From Promethearchaeota archaeon (lineage in GTDB: Archaea; Asgardarchaeota; Lokiarchaeia; Sigyniarchaeales; SOKP01), in assembly GCA_048939015.1 (NCBI GenBank), contig JBHLPW010000048.1:1-38946 (forward strand): 38,946 bases of DNA, written 5' to 3'. Below the pieces are notes generated by a model. The model was not told the origin of the DNA. It ran no database searches and saw nothing but the letters and a program-made list of their open reading frames with translations. Both the position numbers and the translations under genes were made by a program. This document shows positions 37,093-38,946 of this stretch, in pieces (within the stretch, counting starts at the first letter, position 1; every line of letters starts with the position of its first letter).

Positions 37093-38817
37093 TTATTTAT
37101 TTTTGATATTTTTTAAAATGGTTAATGACTTTTTTAGCGCTTTTTTCTTCTTAGACTTTGTTATTTCCTTCTCTTCACTTGTTTCCTCTGAAATTTTCCC
37201 ATTTCCTCCAGATTCGGTTAATTCTGTCTTTAGTTCTTCAGCTAAGTTTCCTAATTTACTTGCAGTAGAAGTGATTTCTTCCATCGAAGCCGTTTGTTGT
37301 TCAGAAGATGCACTAATTCCTTCTAAGGCTTGAGAATTCTCTTCTCCAGCAGCAGTCGTACTTTCAATATCTTCTGTAATATCTCCAATTAATTTCACAG
37401 AAGATTTAATTCGATTCATAATCTCTTTTATTTCTGAAGCGGTTTCGTCAACTGCGCTTTTTGATTCTTCTGCAAGTTTTCGAACTTCATCGGCAACTAC
37501 CGCAAACCCTCGTCCATACTCACCAGCCCTTCCCGCTTCTATGCTTGCATTGAGTGCTAGCAAATTCGTTTGATCCGAAATGCCTGTTATTAGATCCATG
37601 ATTCTATTAATGTCATCAGTTGATTTCATCATTTCATGGGAAAGTTTATTAATCTCAGCTGCCCTTTTACTAATATCTACTAATGAATTGACTTGAGCCT
37701 GAGTATTAGCTGAAACTTCTTGTGTTGAAGAAGAAATCTCTTCGGATGCCGCATTCACTTCACTTGCACTTGCTGCTAATTCAGTTGCCATATTTGATAC
37801 ATTCACACTTGCCATAGATCCTGCTTTTAAAACTTTTTCCATATTTTTTGTTACTTTTACAATCCCTTTCACGGTAGGAACCGCAACTGCTATACCTATT
37901 CCGATGGAAACACAAATAACCACTATAATGATTATATTTGCTGTTAATGCCGTTGTTTGAGCTGCTAACACATTTACTTCAGTATTACTGTCCATAGCGG
38001 AGTTTAAATCACCTAATTCGGCGACTAAATCTTCGTAATTTAATTCAATTTGTGATTGATTTCCCTCCAAAAAGTCTTTATCGTCAAATAATGCATCACT
38101 TCCTGCAATAGCAGCAACAAAATCGTCATGGTTTATTTGTATTTCGTTTAACATCGTTAAAATCGAAGTATTGGTAGCATAATATGTTGCAATATTTTGT
38201 GAAGAGTTATCAAAAGCATCTTTTGCAGCTTTAAATTCATTTCTCGTCTGATTGTCTGGATCAACCAAATATTCCATCATATAATACATTTGTTCGTATA
38301 CACAAGATTTCATAACTGTAGCATTTCTCTTCATTCCTTCATTTTCCACTGCGTTTAAAAGATTTACTAAGTCTTGATCAAGTTCTTCATGCAATATATA
38401 AACAAGATCTATATCTGTTTGAATATTATCCTCTAGTGCAAGGCATCCATTTACTTCGTTAAGAATCAAATCTACAATTAAATTATGATCAGACTCAATT
38501 TCATCAATTTCCTGCCTATATTCGGGAGTTATACTTAACATTTCTTTAACAGTATTGTCGAAACTGTTAACATGTTCTGCTATATCGGTTCTTGCTTCAG
38601 GATCAGAGCCTTCTATGTATTGATACATTTCTCGTATGATATTATCACATTCATATGCTAATTTTTCTATATCTTCCATCGCAATTATGTCTATAGAAGA
38701 TATATGTGTAATATCTTCATTTAAAGCCATCGTTTGAGTATAACTAACAATTCCTAGTGCTGTAGTTAATGTCATTAAAATGACAAAACCTGTTGTCATT
38801 CGTCTACCTATATTCAT
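37093..38817 (-). CDS. Methyl-accepting chemotaxis-like protein with duplicated four-helix sensor domain
   Basis: TM1, two related helical repeats (EIESDHN / EIQINHD), TM2, and the signalling hairpin [40 protein letters not shown]; AGGTG SD at 38823-38827. Confidence 0.93.
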   Translation of the reverse strand: MNIGRRMTTGFVILMTLTTALGIVSYTQTMALNEDITHISSIDIIAMEDIEKLAYECDNIIREMYQYIEGSDPEARTDIAEHVNSFDNTVKEMLSITPEYRQEIDEIESDHNLIVDLILNEVNGCLALEDNIQTDIDLVYILHEELDQDLVNLLNAVENEGMKRNATVMKSCVYEQMYYMMEYLVDPDNQTRNEFKAAKDAFDNSSQNIATYYATNTSILTMLNEIQINHDDFVAAIAGSDALFDDKDFLEGNQSQIELNYEDLVAELGDLNSAMDSNTEVNVLAAQTTALTANIIIIVVICVSIGIGIAVAVPTVKGIVKVTKNMEKVLKAGSMASVNVSNMATELAASASEVNAASEEISSSTQEVSANTQAQVNSLVDISKRAAEINKLSHEMMKSTDDINRIMDLITGISDQTNLLALNASIEAGRAGEYGRGFAVVADEVRKLAEESKSAVDETASEIKEIMNRIKSSVKLIGDITEDIESTTAAGEENSQALEGISASSEQQTASMEEITSTASKLGNLAEELKTELTESGGNGKISEETSEEKEITKSKKKKALKKSLTILKNIKNK

Positions 38818-38946
38818 GTTTACACCTTTTTTAATACATTATTTATATGATTTATATGTGTTTTTTTTAATTCTGATCTTTTTTCTATTATATTCATTTC
38901 TCATAATCACCTTGTTTAAAACTCTATTGTAATCTAAATTCTATAT

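Noticed and set aside
478-37333. Short antisense or nested ORFs in the track (e.g. 478-792, 3409-4029, 24424-24678, 26719-27015, 27594-27914, 29765-30238, 32412-32912, 37103-37333)
   Set aside because: They overlap well-supported genes on the opposite strand or in another frame and carry no recognisable motifs.
1-38946. tRNA, rRNA, CRISPR arrays, IS elements
   Set aside because: No cloverleaf-like GC-rich segment, regularly spaced repeat-spacer array, transposase ORF or terminal inverted repeat pair was seen by eye.

Overview
AT-rich archaeal chromosome segment, most likely an Asgard archaeon of the Lokiarchaeia type. This is an inference from Topo VI A/B, MCM, a Gins23-like subunit, archaeal-type CoaBC, an unprenylated Rab-like GTPase and a CofE-nitroreductase fusion. 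From left to right: (1) a cofactor operon with a 5'-partial LipS1-type radical SAM protein, a CofE/FbiB-like fusion and CofD; (2) a 7-gene minus-strand envelope cluster (3285-15668) around a MoxR AAA+ ATPase and a DUF58/vWA protein, led by a 1497-aa Ig-repeat surface protein whose transglutaminase-like domain has lost all three catalytic residues (C>W, H>F, D>N); (3) a Pro-rich/coiled-coil/Zn-ribbon protein, an HDAC-family deacetylase and a Rab-like GTPase; (4) mcm, a ~9-TM + long HEAT-solenoid protein and a gins23-like gene; (5) pyrE, a GIY-YIG/NUMOD3 endonuclease broken by one stop at the YIG tyrosine, and a Topo VI operon with a double-sized 1100-aa B subunit and an overlapping third ORF; (6) coaBC and an accessory/sensory tail (Lrp fragment, alpha/beta hydrolase, PH-like protein, PAS-PAS protein, small hypothetical, HAMP-less MCP). 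No rRNA, tRNA, CRISPR array, IS element or intein was recognised. All family calls come from motif recognition by eye; no database search was run.
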